A stretch of DNA of 64,000 bases from Piromyces finnis finn. Taxonomy: Eukaryota; Fungi; Neocallimastigomycota. Below, piece after piece: positions 15,101-28,370 of the stretch (its first letter is position 1; every line of letters begins with the position of its first letter). Position numbers and translations under genes: made by a program. Where the stretch lies: positions 248,001 to 312,000 of the forward strand of contig MCFH01000007.1 in assembly GCA_002104945.1 (NCBI GenBank), read 5' to 3'. Under the pieces are notes generated by a model, which was given only the letters and a program-made list of their open reading frames with translations, searched no databases and was not told the DNA's origin.

Positions 15101-15339
15101 GTATGAATGATAAATAAATAATTATTAGAAGTCGTCATTAATGTAATTATGGCAACTTTACTACTATAATATATTTTTTATGATAAAGAACGTTATATTT
15201 TATTAGAGAGTTACAACTATTTATGTATTACGAATTTAACTTATGAACATCAATATAATTATTTTTAAATAATATTTTGAAAATTTTAATTGTTAAAACG
15301 TTGAAACTAGTATAAAAATTACTATTGCTATTATTGTTG

Positions 15340-15900
15340 TTATACATATAATTATTATTGGTAATATTATTAGTAGGACTATTTGAATGATTTTACTAAG
15401 ATAATTGAATATTCAGATTAGATGATTGTAATTTTAATACAGATATCATTAAATTATAAATATTCAGTTAATGCTGCATACTTAAATTACCACTTTTGCA
15501 ACATAGACATAGACAATAATTAGGACAAACTAAATCAACTAATTTAGTAGCTTTAATAACCCTAACATCCAGTTTGTATTTTTCAATAACTAGTAGTAAG
15601 CATAGTAAAAAATATCTAGGTGCACGTAACATAATTTAACAAAATCTTTATTACTATATTATATTTTTAGCATAAATATATCTTAATTGAGAATTTCTTA
15701 AATATCATGTAAAAAATTGAATTTAATATTTAAAATCATTATTCAAATATAATAATTATATTTAATTTAGAATGTGGTTTGTAACTGAATTTTAACCATT
15801 TACAATGACTACAAAGAATAAGAATAGGTCTAAATAAGTGTGCATGTTTTAATTTAGTAATTTTTTCTTTCCATTTCAAATATACAAAAAATTCCTATTC
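15340..15900 (-). mobile_element. Highly decayed LINE fragment (zinc-knuckle region)
   Basis: Reverse complement contains ggatgttagggttattaaagctactaaattagttgatttagtttgtcctaattattgtc, similar to 33851-33910. Confidence 0.6.
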
Positions 15901-15946
15901 CCTAGTTAATTGCTGGAGCTTTTTCATGAGTTATTTTCAATTTTGA

Positions 15947-15951
<5 letters not shown>

Positions 15952-15983
<32 letters not shown>

Positions 15984-17000
15984 GGCATCAAATATTTAAA
16001 ACTTTATTATTAATTTAATTAAAATTATAATACATGTAATAAAAAAAATTAAAAATAAAAAATAAAAATAAAAAAAATATGTTTAAATAAACACAAATGA
16101 ATAAAAATTGGGTATAATGTATTCTAGTAATTTTAATTAAAATAAGAAAGCCACTATTATACTAAAGTATAATAATTGTATTTGACTTCCAATGGGACAC
16201 CGAGTCAAAGATCAAAATTTTATCATGGGACAAAATTATGATCTCCATTGGTTGCGCTGGCCCTCCTGGCCTGTCTTACTGTTTCTTCAACATTGACGCT
16301 CTTGGATGTTGCTTCAAACCTTTTGAACATTGACCATTGCTGGCCAATATCAAAAGGCATGATTTTGGTTAGAAGTTCCGCGGTTACCGTCAAGAATGGT
16401 GTTCCTTCATTAGTACCAGATTGAATCTGACACTTGCAAAGTTCTTTCCATTCCCTTGAATTGTAATTGATATTGTTAAAACTTCTTCCCCCAAAAAGGA
16501 ATTTAAATATTTTACTGCACACACTAGAATAATCATACATATTAATATTCACCGGATTATTAGAACTATTACTATTATTAACTAAATTACTATCTAAATT
16601 AGAATTATTATCTTCACTATTGCTATCATTACTAATATCATTACTAATATTATTATTTCTATTACTACTATTGTTATTATTACTATTGTTATCATTACTA
16701 TTGTTACTATTATTATTAATGTTATTACTATCTCTACTGATATTAACATTTTCATTATTATTGATAGGACTGTTGGAATTACGTTGACTGAAAAAATTTA
16801 GTAGCTGGACTATGGAATCATAATGTTTAATACGGATATCTCTAAATGTTGGACAATCTAATAACCAATGTTTAATACTTTGAACACCACACTTGCAACA
16901 TGGACAGTAGTTAGGACAAACTGGATCAACAAATTTAGCAGCTTTGATGTAATTGACAAGGTATGAGATAATACAATTTGAGTTTTTCCATTTGTTAAAA
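15952..17000 (-). mobile_element. 5'-truncated young LINE copy with poly(A) and a 264-bp internal deletion
   Basis: T-tract at 15952-15980. Nearly identical to 33548-34890; the C-terminal peptide differs only by FLFGG vs FLLGG. Lacks 33602-33865 of the full element. Confidence 0.92.
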
Positions 17001-19869
17001 TATTAAATTGTGTTATATTATTTTTCATTTTGAAATTTTTTTCCTTTAAAATTTTTTAATTTTATGGATAATGTATAAAAAACTATTAATTTTAATTCAT
17101 TTTAAATTAATAATATATGATTGTACGTTGAATATTAAATTTTTTATATAAAATACACCATAATCACACCATACATAGAATCTATCTCATAATTAATTTT
17201 GGGAACTATATAATATTTTAAATATTTTTATTTTATTTTTGATTTATTTTAATATTTTTTGATATAAATTATAATATTACAATTTATAATTTTTATATAA
17301 AATTATATTTATTATTTAAATTTATATTTAAATTTTAAATAATACCTTATAATTTTATAATTTTACTCTATAATAAATTAATTTTTTTATTTCTTTGTTT
17401 TTTTTATATAACTTATTAAATTATATATAATTTAATTGCTTAGTAAAGCTTGTAAGCTCTCTTTCTAAGAGCTTCAGTTTCTTCTTCATCAGCACTGTCT
17501 TCGTTGTCATCAGCATCAACTTCAGCATCAACTTCAACTTCTTCATCAGCACTGTCTTCATTGTCACCAGCATCAATATCAGCATCAACTTCATTTTCGG
17601 ATTCACATTCACCGTTAGCTAAAACAGAGGTACTAAGTGGTAAATCTCTAGCGTTAGAACCAGCGTAGATAGTGTATTTACCTTCTTCTGGCTTAACGTA
17701 TTCCATAGCATCAACATCAAAGTATGAAAGATCGTGGTTATCAATGAAGATGGTAACTTCTTGGCTTTCTCCTGGTTGTAACATAACCTTGTCGAATCCC
17801 TTGAAGACACGAGCTGGATGGTCCTTAACAACTTCTGGGAAGGAAAGGAAAATCATTGGAACTGCAGCACCAGCAACATCACCAGTGTTGGTGACTGTTA
17901 AAGTGACGTAGAGACCATCATCTTCCATATCTCCTTCTAAGTTTTCGTATTTGAAGTCGGTGTAGGATAAACCGTAACCGAATGGGAAGGTTGGTTCAAT
18001 ACCTTGCTTGTCGAACCAACGGTAACCAACGAAAAGACCTTCGTTATAGTCGTAGACAGTCATCTTTTCACCACCATCTGGGTATTCTGGTTCGTACTTA
18101 ACATCAGCTGGGTAATCTTCACGTGGAGCCCAAGTGTATGGTAAGTGACCAGATGGGTTGACATCTCCGAATAAAACATCAGCAATAGCATGTCCAGTTT
18201 CTTGACCTGGCATACCGGCAAAGACAACACCCTTAACCTTGTCTAAGAATGGAACATTGACTGGTCCTGGAGCGTGAATAACAACAATGGTGTTTTCATT
18301 AACTGAGGCAACAGCATCAATTAATTCGTTACCACCGTGCCATAAATCTAAGTTAAGACGATCACCAGCGTTACCTTCAACAGTAATGTATTCTTCACCA
18401 GAATCGGCTTGAACAAAGACAATGGCTAAATCAGCGTCCTTGGCAGCTTCAGCACCTCCTTCGGCATCATCTTCACCGTAACTAACTACTTCAATGTTGT
18501 CTTGCTTAGCTCTTTCAGTAAGAGCTGAAAGTGGATCAATAATGTACTTGAAATCAGTAGTACCTGAACCCCAACCAAGAGCAAGAGTACCATCGGAACA
18601 CTTCATATCTTCACAGAACTTGGTTGGCATGGAATCCTTACCAATAACGGCAATCTTGTTGACGCCCTTAATTGGAAGAATGGCTTCGGCGTTCTTTAAT
18701 AAAACGTTACTGTCAGCACCAACCTTTCTGTTGAGAGCAATGTTTTCTTCGGTAAGAGTATCAACGTATAAGTTGACGTCTGGGAAGTTTTCCATTTGAC
18801 CGGCCTTGTATAAGGTACGGATGATACGTAATGCGGCATCATCTAATCTTTCTTGTGGGAAAATTCCGGCATCAATGCATTCTTGAATGTGTTCACCCCA
18901 GAAACTGTCACCAATGTAATCTGGACCCCAGTACTTACCACCTGGCATGTTCATATCCATACCAGCCTTGAAACTCTTTTCAACATCGAAAATTGACCAC
19001 CAGTCGGAAACAACGGCTCCTTGGAATCCAAGCTTGCCCTTTAAGTACTTGGTTAAAAGTCTTTCGTTTTGGACGGAGTAGGTACCGTTAATGGCGTTAT
19101 AGGATGACATAACAGCGTTAGATTCACCGTCAATAACAGCACGGTAGAATGGTTCCATGTAGACTTCCCATAAGGCTTGTTCTGGAATGTTGGAGGTGGA
19201 GGATCCACGATTGTTTTCTTGGTCATTACCAATGAAGTGCTTGGAAGTAGCAACAACACCTTGTGATTGAATACCCTTAACTACTTCAAGACCACATTGT
19301 GCAACATAGAATGGATCTTCACCAAAACTTTCCCAAATTCTACCTGAGGCTGGTGCACGTTGAATACCCATAGCTGGACCAAGTGCAAAGTTAATACCTC
19401 TTTGGTAGAATTCGTTACCTTGGGCTTCACCAACCTTACGAAGTAAGGTTCTATCAAAGGTGGCAGCTGTGTTAATAGAGGCTTGCCATGAGGTGGCTGT
19501 ACCCTTACCAAATCTAACACCAGCTGGTCCATCTTGAAGGCAAATACCCTTGAATCCCTTTCTTTCAATTGGATCAATGGAACCAACACAAACACCTTGC
19601 ATGTTTTCTCTACCAGTGGTAAGTGTGATTTTTTCTTCATTAGTTAAATCAGCAACCCATTCTCTGGCTTTAGCGTCGGCTTCTTCCCAAGTCATAGCAA
19701 GGGTCTTAGAAGCGCAAAGAAGAGCAACAGTGGATAAAACAGTATTGAATTTCATTTTGATTTTTTTTTATTATTTCTATTTTATTTTTATAATTTATTA
19801 ATTTTATTTATTTGATTTTTTTATTGTTTTTTATTTTATTTATTTTATAAGATTTATTGATGTTTTTTA
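16571..19869. repeat. Left arm of large inverted repeat (pairs with 25941-29236)
   Basis: Coordinates of matching positions sum to 45810 through the GH3 gene and its flanks. The proteins and all shadow ORFs are identical in both arms. Confidence 0.95.
17440..19755 (-). CDS. Secreted GH3 beta-glucosidase (copy 2), 771 aa, intronless
   Basis: Same GH3 motifs as copy 1 (VSDW, SGEEYITVEG). Identical protein to 26055-28370. Confidence 0.95.
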   Translation of the reverse strand: MKFNTVLSTVALLCASKTLAMTWEEADAKAREWVADLTNEEKITLTTGRENMQGVCVGSIDPIERKGFKGICLQDGPAGVRFGKGTATSWQASINTAATFDRTLLRKVGEAQGNEFYQRGINFALGPAMGIQRAPASGRIWESFGEDPFYVAQCGLEVVKGIQSQGVVATSKHFIGNDQENNRGSSTSNIPEQALWEVYMEPFYRAVIDGESNAVMSSYNAINGTYSVQNERLLTKYLKGKLGFQGAVVSDWWSIFDVEKSFKAGMDMNMPGGKYWGPDYIGDSFWGEHIQECIDAGIFPQERLDDAALRIIRTLYKAGQMENFPDVNLYVDTLTEENIALNRKVGADSNVLLKNAEAILPIKGVNKIAVIGKDSMPTKFCEDMKCSDGTLALGWGSGTTDFKYIIDPLSALTERAKQDNIEVVSYGEDDAEGGAEAAKDADLAIVFVQADSGEEYITVEGNAGDRLNLDLWHGGNELIDAVASVNENTIVVIHAPGPVNVPFLDKVKGVVFAGMPGQETGHAIADVLFGDVNPSGHLPYTWAPREDYPADVKYEPEYPDGGEKMTVYDYNEGLFVGYRWFDKQGIEPTFPFGYGLSYTDFKYENLEGDMEDDGLYVTLTVTNTGDVAGAAVPMIFLSFPEVVKDHPARVFKGFDKVMLQPGESQEVTIFIDNHDLSYFDVDAMEYVKPEEGKYTIYAGSNARDLPLSTSVLANGECESENEVDADIDAGDNEDSADEEVEVDAEVDADDNEDSADEEETEALRKRAYKLY

Positions 19870-21730
19870 GTTATATCAAATAACAAAAACGTATTTTTTT
19901 ATTAATAGTATATTAAATATTAAATTATTTTGGATAAGAAAAAATTAATATAAATATAAATATATATTTATAATTTTTTTTGAAGAATAATATCAATTAT
20001 ATTTTAATGGATTTATATACTTTTTTTTTTATTATTATATTATATTTTACCGCCGTTTTTTTTTCGGTATATATTATAATGGGAAAAAATATAATAAATA
20101 TTATATAATTGTTATTTTTTCCTATTGTTCTTTATTTAATATATTTATATTTACTTTGGTTTAATAAGATACCTCTTATATATGATATGAAAACTTTATA
20201 TAATAATATATTTGAATAAATGATCAACATTTTTAAATTAAAATATAGATTAAAAAAATTTGTGTACTTCCTATTTAAATTTATTTCATTTGCTTAAAAT
20301 TAAAAGTAAAATAAAATATTATTTTGGATAAATATAGTTGAAAAAAAAAATTATAGAAGTGTTACTGAAAATTCTTCACAAAGATATAAAATTATATCAA
20401 TAATATTAAAATAATTAAGTATATTAGTTATAAGAAAATATTATTAAAAATATAATATAAAAAATGATACTATATTTTTATATTATACTATATATAATAT
20501 CCATTGAAATCATATTAATAAAATCATTTATTCATGACTTTATTGTACTAAATTATTATAGAAAATAGTTATTGAATTATAAATTTTATATAATCGTATA
20601 TTTTTTTTATTTCCAATTTAATAATTATTTTAATATGAAACAAATTTAATCAATTTAATATTAATATTAATATTCTTAAGCCTATTTTTTAAAGAATTTT
20701 CTACACATTAAAATATTAAAAATTAGAAAGTAATAATATTATTAGATAAGTATATTGAACAAAAAAATTAATTTTTTATAATTTAAAAATAGGTAATACA
20801 AAAAAAATATAATATTATTTTAGGATTAAGTAATTAGTAATAATAGTAAAATTAGTATTAAAAAAATTATAAAAATTTTTTTTTTAATATTATGTAAATA
20901 TTCTAATAACTATTTTGATATTATTACAAAAGATAATAATAATAAATATGAATGATAAAGATAGTTATAATAGTAGTATACAAAATAAAATGGGAATTTT
21001 TACTTATAACTCTTTATATAATCTTATCATTATAAAAGAATTAAAACGGTAATATTTATTAAAAATCAATTATTATGAAACAGGTAAAGTACAATTTTAT
21101 GATATTGTGTTTATAATTTTTTTTTAGCTTTTGATATTATAATTTAATAATTAATGATTCCCAAGAAAATATATTAATAATTAATGGTTAAAGATAAACT
21201 TTTATTGATATTTTATAATATTATTTATATCCCATCAAGTATAAAATTTTTTAATAATTATTTCTTTTTTTTTTTAAAGTATAATTAATATTATCATTTC
21301 CTGTAAAGTATGTTGATTAAGAAGTCATTTTTACATTTTCAGTTAATTTAAATTATTATAAATTATAATTAAATAATCCCTTTAATTTTTAATTTTTTAT
21401 ATAGTTAAAATAGAATAGGAGAAGCAAAAAAAAAATTTTTGAAATTTTTGTGAATTTTACACTCAATTTTTAATATATTTAGTAAATTAAATGAGTATAA
21501 TTAATATTAAAAATATATAGTTAATATATCATTTTTTATATTAATATGTATAGAATTTATATTAATGTTTACTTATTTAAAATATACTGTGGTTTTTTAT
21601 TAATATATATATAAATAAACGAAAATTGAATAAGAAATATGGTATACTAATTTTATTTATTAATATTTTACTTTTAAAAAAACAAAAAATTTTATCAAAA
21701 TGTGGATTAAATATTTAAAAAAATTGTTTT

Positions 21731-21926
<196 letters not shown>

Positions 21927-22659
21927 GTAAATTAAATAAAAAAGAAACGAAAAGGAGAAATATTTTAATTAAAAAAAAGTACTGAAATATATTATAATTT
22001 ATTTTCAGTAATATTGTTTATATATTGTATATTATTTATATATATAGTTTTTGAATAATTTAAAAACACAAAAAATAAAAAATTTTTAAGAGTATTTTTT
22101 AAATTATATATATGGAGTTTTAAAAAATATATAATTGTAGATAAATAAAAATAAAAATTTTATTTACAATATTTTCTTTATCCATTTAACTAATAAAAGA
22201 GTGAGTAACAAAGTTAAAAATGATTTATATTATTTTTATATGCTTATTTTTCTATTATGTTTTTATTTCAATTTTTTCATTTTATTTAATTTATTATAAA
22301 ATAATAAAAATTATTTATAATTTTAATGAAATATTTCATATTTCAAGAAATTTTATTAATATATTTTTTTATTTTTTTTTAATTTATTTATCATTTATAT
22401 TAATATAAAAAATAAAATATTTCCACACCATATTTTAATATTGAATATAATAAATAATTATATTAAATGCTTTCAAACTACATTAATAACAATTTAAGTA
22501 ATATTTTGTAATTATAAACTATTTTTTTTTTTTGGAAGGATAAAAATAAAGAAAACTTTCAAAAAAAAATCTTTATTTTTAAACTACCAAGTTCATTTCA
22601 CCTATTTACTAGAGTAACCCTCATTCCTCTCTATAATACTCATAATAAGTAAATGGAAC

Positions 22660-23040
22660 ATTGCAGTAGTTGTTGCTTGATCTATTGGATCATATGCAGC
22701 AAAGTTGTATAATTAAAATGTGTGTAAAGACTGAAAATTCAATATGTACGACCAGGAGGGTCATGATTAACTAATAATAGGATGTTGTCTATATTTCTCT
22801 AAAAATCCCTATTAGGCTTATGTTTTTGACCCATTAATCTATTTCACCATATATTATTAATATTCTAATTTGAAATTTACCATGTATATTTGACCTTCAC
22901 ATATTAGCAATATGAGTATCATTATCATAATAGTAAATTAGAATCATGCTTAATTCTTTTTTGAAATATCATAACTCAACCTCTAGCAAAACACATTGAG
23001 AAACCTATAGATATTGATATCTATAAGATTCAACCAGAAG
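22660..23040. mobile_element. Old decayed family B relic in two opposite-orientation pieces (+ about 22660-22820; - about 22860-23040)
   Basis: gaccaggagggtca...aatagga...tttctctaa matches 23985-24040. ttctaatttgaaatttaccatgta...caaccagaag matches 10407-10582. Confidence 0.7.
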
Positions 23041-23399
23041 TATTATTATTTATTTTAACTAAATAGAACTAACTAATTGTTTTAATATTTATAACTGGAA
23101 TATTATATAAATTACAATGTAAAGAATGAAAAATATTTCGTTTTTTTTTTTTATATTAAATATCAAAACTAAACTTATTATTTAAAGGTAATTTTTATTA
23201 TTCAATTAGCAATCATATTTATTATTCAAACTTATAATAAATGATATTAAAAAAAATCTATTAAAATATTATAGTATAATTATTACAAAAAAAAGGTATT
23301 TAGAATTTCTTAATCCTTTATCAATATTTTTAGGAATTTAAATTTCTTATTTTTTTTTTGAATTAGTTATGTGTATTCATATGATAGTATACATAACAC

Positions 23400-24115
23400 T
23401 ATTAGTGTAACGGTGTCGGCGCTCGTAATACCCCAAGAACGTGTCCTTAACAATCCTTCTTTGGGAGCCGGACTTCATACAATTCAAAGCATCCTCATCT
23501 TCCCTCAGATATTGGAAACGATATTAATCCTTTCATGTGGATAACAAATGGGATGTCGTTCCAGTTTTTATCCTGGTTGTTAAGGCGTTTCCTTAGCATA
23601 AATAAGGCTTCTGGTTCGACCCCGCAGATGTCAGTGCCTGTGGATTTTCCCACTGGGTTTGCCATGGGTTGGGTTATGATATTCAGGTAAGTATAAATGA
23701 ACTTTCTAATTTACTACTATGATAATAACACTCGTCTAGCCGGCCTGAGAGGGTCTAGTGTACATGGTACATTCCAAATTAGAACTTAATAAGTGGTGAC
23801 TTAGGCTATGCCAAAAACACATAATATTCCTTAATCAATTTAAGTGTAAACATTAGGGGGCGGTTGACACGTGATCAAATTGACTATAAAAGGCTTAGCA
23901 TTGTAGTTGTGAAATATCGTACAACGACATGCATCTAATGTACATGGATTAAGTGAGCGTCGAAGCTGAAGAAACAGTATGACAGACCAGGAGGGTTACA
24001 ACCACCTAGCAATAGGAATGAGCCAACGTTTCTCTAAGAACCACCATTGGAGCTAACTCTGATCGATGGGAGAAATGCACTCGGAAGTTAAAAAAAAAAA
24101 AAAAAAAAAAAAAAA
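23400..24115 (+). mobile_element. Family B poly(A) retroelement, longer copy, with the remnant of a LINE-like ORF end
   Basis: GC-richer than the flanks; A26 at 24090-24115. Open frame 23451-23690 (..LLGSRTSYNSK..GSTPQMSV..MGWVMIFR*) loosely resembles the LINE C-terminus (LLGGRSF..EGTPFLTV..GQQWSMFKR). The 5' boundary is approximate. Confidence 0.8.
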
Positions 24116-26054
24116 TGGGATAGTATATGAAATTACAAATTGCCCTATTGGTTGAAACAAACTTTACTTACTTATGTATATATCCTAATCCATAAGGTAT
24201 AATTATTGGACAAAATCCCTGTAGATATGTACGGATATCTGTGTTGAACCAGAAGTTTAAAGTTTTATGTATATTTATTTCTTATATAACTTATTTTTAA
24301 TAAAAAATTTTTAAATTTTTGATGTTTGAAAAAATTTAATAAAATTAAAAAATGGAGAATTAATAACAAATAATTTATGCAATTAAAATACATTGTAGAA
24401 TAATTATATTGTTATTAATAGCTAGTATATGAGGATTACTTAATTATCTTATTTTACTAATTCATATGCTCTTAATTTAACGAATTAAAAAAAATATACA
24501 TACTTGATATATATGAATAGTATCGAGTAAGTATATTTTTTTTAATTAATATTTTTAATGTAAAAAGTATTAAGAAAATATAATTTTATAAATGTCTTTA
24601 AACATTTTAGTGATAAAATTAATTTATAACCCTTTATAAAACAATTATAAAAAGGAAATTTTCTTTCATTAATTATTTAATTTCTTAATTCATCGAGGAT
24701 AATTAAGAAATTAAATTAAAACAAAATTTAATATATTCAGCAATAATATAAAGAAAATATTATTACATAATAATATTATGTAGCCATTAAAAATAATAGG
24801 ATAAAACCCAATTCAATATAACAAATTATAAGTTTTAATAATATCAAGAAAACTTTTTATAAATGTATCCATTATTTATAATATTAATAAAATTTCTATT
24901 TCATTTATTTAATATAATTAAGATTCATTTGCAAATTAATAATATATTCCATATTATATAAAAAAGTTTTTATTTTTTTAAGATTTTTATTTAAATAAAT
25001 GTATCCATAAATATTATTTTTTTTCATTTAAATGAAATAATGAAATTAATATTTTTTTTAATTTAATGTTTCAACATAATTTAAATGTTTATATTTTTTA
25101 GTAAATAAACTCCGTTATATTAAAATTAATTTATATTCGAATTTTGATTTGCAAATCAATTGACAAATAGAATAGATTAAAAATTTATAGTTAATAAAAT
25201 TAGAGTGAAGATCATATATCTAATCATTATAATATAATATTAATAATAGTCAACAGTAAATGTAATTATTATTTAAAATAAATAAATAAAGCAAATAAAT
25301 ATAATAATATGAAAAAAAAAATCATTTGACTTTTTTAAAATTTTTTTATATTAAATATGAATTACCAATAAATTTCTTTTTTTTTAATATATTATATATT
25401 AAAAATAGTGCTATATATAATTATTAAACTTTTTTCCCATAAACATTTTTATTTAAATGTAACTTACCCAAAATATTGTAAGTATTATAACAATACTAAT
25501 TTATTATATATAAATTTATATAGAAAAAGAATAATCCTATATCTGACAAATAAAAATAGTCAAATATTTTATCCAACTAAAACTATTAATTTTAGTGAAT
25601 AAAATTACTGTCTTTACAAATAAGATTAAATTAAAAAAAATATGTAAACCATTTTTATACAAAAATGGTATATATTAAATTAATAAATGAATTAAATCGA
25701 ATAGATTATAATTAATTTAAATTAATAGAAAAAAAAATTAATATATAAAACATAAAATATCGCTATTACCTTTTTTTTTTTTAAAAAAAAATTATAAATA
25801 TATATTTATATTTATATTCATAAAGTTTTTTTTCTAATATAAAATAATTGATATTATTATATATCATTAATTTAATAAGCTTTTTTGTTATTTGATATAA
25901 CAGAAAAATTAAGAAAGAATTAAAGAATTAAAAATTCATATAAAAAACATCAATAAATCTTATAAAATAAATAAAATAAAAAACAATAAAAAAATCAAAT
26001 AAATAAAATTAATAAATTATAAAAATAAAATAGAAATAATAAAAAAAAATCAAA

Positions 26055-28370
26055 ATGAAATTCAATACTGTTTTATCCACTGTTGCTCTTCTTTGCGCTT
26101 CTAAGACCCTTGCTATGACTTGGGAAGAAGCCGACGCTAAAGCCAGAGAATGGGTTGCTGATTTAACTAATGAAGAAAAAATCACACTTACCACTGGTAG
26201 AGAAAACATGCAAGGTGTTTGTGTTGGTTCCATTGATCCAATTGAAAGAAAGGGATTCAAGGGTATTTGCCTTCAAGATGGACCAGCTGGTGTTAGATTT
26301 GGTAAGGGTACAGCCACCTCATGGCAAGCCTCTATTAACACAGCTGCCACCTTTGATAGAACCTTACTTCGTAAGGTTGGTGAAGCCCAAGGTAACGAAT
26401 TCTACCAAAGAGGTATTAACTTTGCACTTGGTCCAGCTATGGGTATTCAACGTGCACCAGCCTCAGGTAGAATTTGGGAAAGTTTTGGTGAAGATCCATT
26501 CTATGTTGCACAATGTGGTCTTGAAGTAGTTAAGGGTATTCAATCACAAGGTGTTGTTGCTACTTCCAAGCACTTCATTGGTAATGACCAAGAAAACAAT
26601 CGTGGATCCTCCACCTCCAACATTCCAGAACAAGCCTTATGGGAAGTCTACATGGAACCATTCTACCGTGCTGTTATTGACGGTGAATCTAACGCTGTTA
26701 TGTCATCCTATAACGCCATTAACGGTACCTACTCCGTCCAAAACGAAAGACTTTTAACCAAGTACTTAAAGGGCAAGCTTGGATTCCAAGGAGCCGTTGT
26801 TTCCGACTGGTGGTCAATTTTCGATGTTGAAAAGAGTTTCAAGGCTGGTATGGATATGAACATGCCAGGTGGTAAGTACTGGGGTCCAGATTACATTGGT
26901 GACAGTTTCTGGGGTGAACACATTCAAGAATGCATTGATGCCGGAATTTTCCCACAAGAAAGATTAGATGATGCCGCATTACGTATCATCCGTACCTTAT
27001 ACAAGGCCGGTCAAATGGAAAACTTCCCAGACGTCAACTTATACGTTGATACTCTTACCGAAGAAAACATTGCTCTCAACAGAAAGGTTGGTGCTGACAG
27101 TAACGTTTTATTAAAGAACGCCGAAGCCATTCTTCCAATTAAGGGCGTCAACAAGATTGCCGTTATTGGTAAGGATTCCATGCCAACCAAGTTCTGTGAA
27201 GATATGAAGTGTTCCGATGGTACTCTTGCTCTTGGTTGGGGTTCAGGTACTACTGATTTCAAGTACATTATTGATCCACTTTCAGCTCTTACTGAAAGAG
27301 CTAAGCAAGACAACATTGAAGTAGTTAGTTACGGTGAAGATGATGCCGAAGGAGGTGCTGAAGCTGCCAAGGACGCTGATTTAGCCATTGTCTTTGTTCA
27401 AGCCGATTCTGGTGAAGAATACATTACTGTTGAAGGTAACGCTGGTGATCGTCTTAACTTAGATTTATGGCACGGTGGTAACGAATTAATTGATGCTGTT
27501 GCCTCAGTTAATGAAAACACCATTGTTGTTATTCACGCTCCAGGACCAGTCAATGTTCCATTCTTAGACAAGGTTAAGGGTGTTGTCTTTGCCGGTATGC
27601 CAGGTCAAGAAACTGGACATGCTATTGCTGATGTTTTATTCGGAGATGTCAACCCATCTGGTCACTTACCATACACTTGGGCTCCACGTGAAGATTACCC
27701 AGCTGATGTTAAGTACGAACCAGAATACCCAGATGGTGGTGAAAAGATGACTGTCTACGACTATAACGAAGGTCTTTTCGTTGGTTACCGTTGGTTCGAC
27801 AAGCAAGGTATTGAACCAACCTTCCCATTCGGTTACGGTTTATCCTACACCGACTTCAAATACGAAAACTTAGAAGGAGATATGGAAGATGATGGTCTCT
27901 ACGTCACTTTAACAGTCACCAACACTGGTGATGTTGCTGGTGCTGCAGTTCCAATGATTTTCCTTTCCTTCCCAGAAGTTGTTAAGGACCATCCAGCTCG
28001 TGTCTTCAAGGGATTCGACAAGGTTATGTTACAACCAGGAGAAAGCCAAGAAGTTACCATCTTCATTGATAACCACGATCTTTCATACTTTGATGTTGAT
28101 GCTATGGAATACGTTAAGCCAGAAGAAGGTAAATACACTATCTACGCTGGTTCTAACGCTAGAGATTTACCACTTAGTACCTCTGTTTTAGCTAACGGTG
28201 AATGTGAATCCGAAAATGAAGTTGATGCTGATATTGATGCTGGTGACAATGAAGACAGTGCTGATGAAGAAGTTGAAGTTGATGCTGAAGTTGATGCTGA
28301 TGACAACGAAGACAGTGCTGATGAAGAAGAAACTGAAGCTCTTAGAAAGAGAGCTTACAAGCTTTACTAA
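26055..28370 (+). CDS. Secreted GH3 beta-glucosidase (copy 3), 771 aa, identical to copy 2
   Basis: ORF translation identical to 17440-19755. Confidence 0.95.
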   Translation: MKFNTVLSTVALLCASKTLAMTWEEADAKAREWVADLTNEEKITLTTGRENMQGVCVGSIDPIERKGFKGICLQDGPAGVRFGKGTATSWQASINTAATFDRTLLRKVGEAQGNEFYQRGINFALGPAMGIQRAPASGRIWESFGEDPFYVAQCGLEVVKGIQSQGVVATSKHFIGNDQENNRGSSTSNIPEQALWEVYMEPFYRAVIDGESNAVMSSYNAINGTYSVQNERLLTKYLKGKLGFQGAVVSDWWSIFDVEKSFKAGMDMNMPGGKYWGPDYIGDSFWGEHIQECIDAGIFPQERLDDAALRIIRTLYKAGQMENFPDVNLYVDTLTEENIALNRKVGADSNVLLKNAEAILPIKGVNKIAVIGKDSMPTKFCEDMKCSDGTLALGWGSGTTDFKYIIDPLSALTERAKQDNIEVVSYGEDDAEGGAEAAKDADLAIVFVQADSGEEYITVEGNAGDRLNLDLWHGGNELIDAVASVNENTIVVIHAPGPVNVPFLDKVKGVVFAGMPGQETGHAIADVLFGDVNPSGHLPYTWAPREDYPADVKYEPEYPDGGEKMTVYDYNEGLFVGYRWFDKQGIEPTFPFGYGLSYTDFKYENLEGDMEDDGLYVTLTVTNTGDVAGAAVPMIFLSFPEVVKDHPARVFKGFDKVMLQPGESQEVTIFIDNHDLSYFDVDAMEYVKPEEGKYTIYAGSNARDLPLSTSVLANGECESENEVDADIDAGDNEDSADEEVEVDAEVDADDNEDSADEEETEALRKRAYKLY

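Noticed and set aside
17440-19755. Recent bacterial HGT of the GH3 genes, suggested by high GC and lack of introns
   Set aside because: The motifs (SGEEYITVEG..GDR..L.LW) resemble fungal secreted GH3s, and the C-ending/AAG codon preference fits high expression. A phylogeny would be needed to claim HGT.
23383-24126. TSD for the long family B copy (GATAGTATA near both ends)
   Set aside because: The match is not directly adjacent to the poly(A) and the 5' boundary is uncertain.
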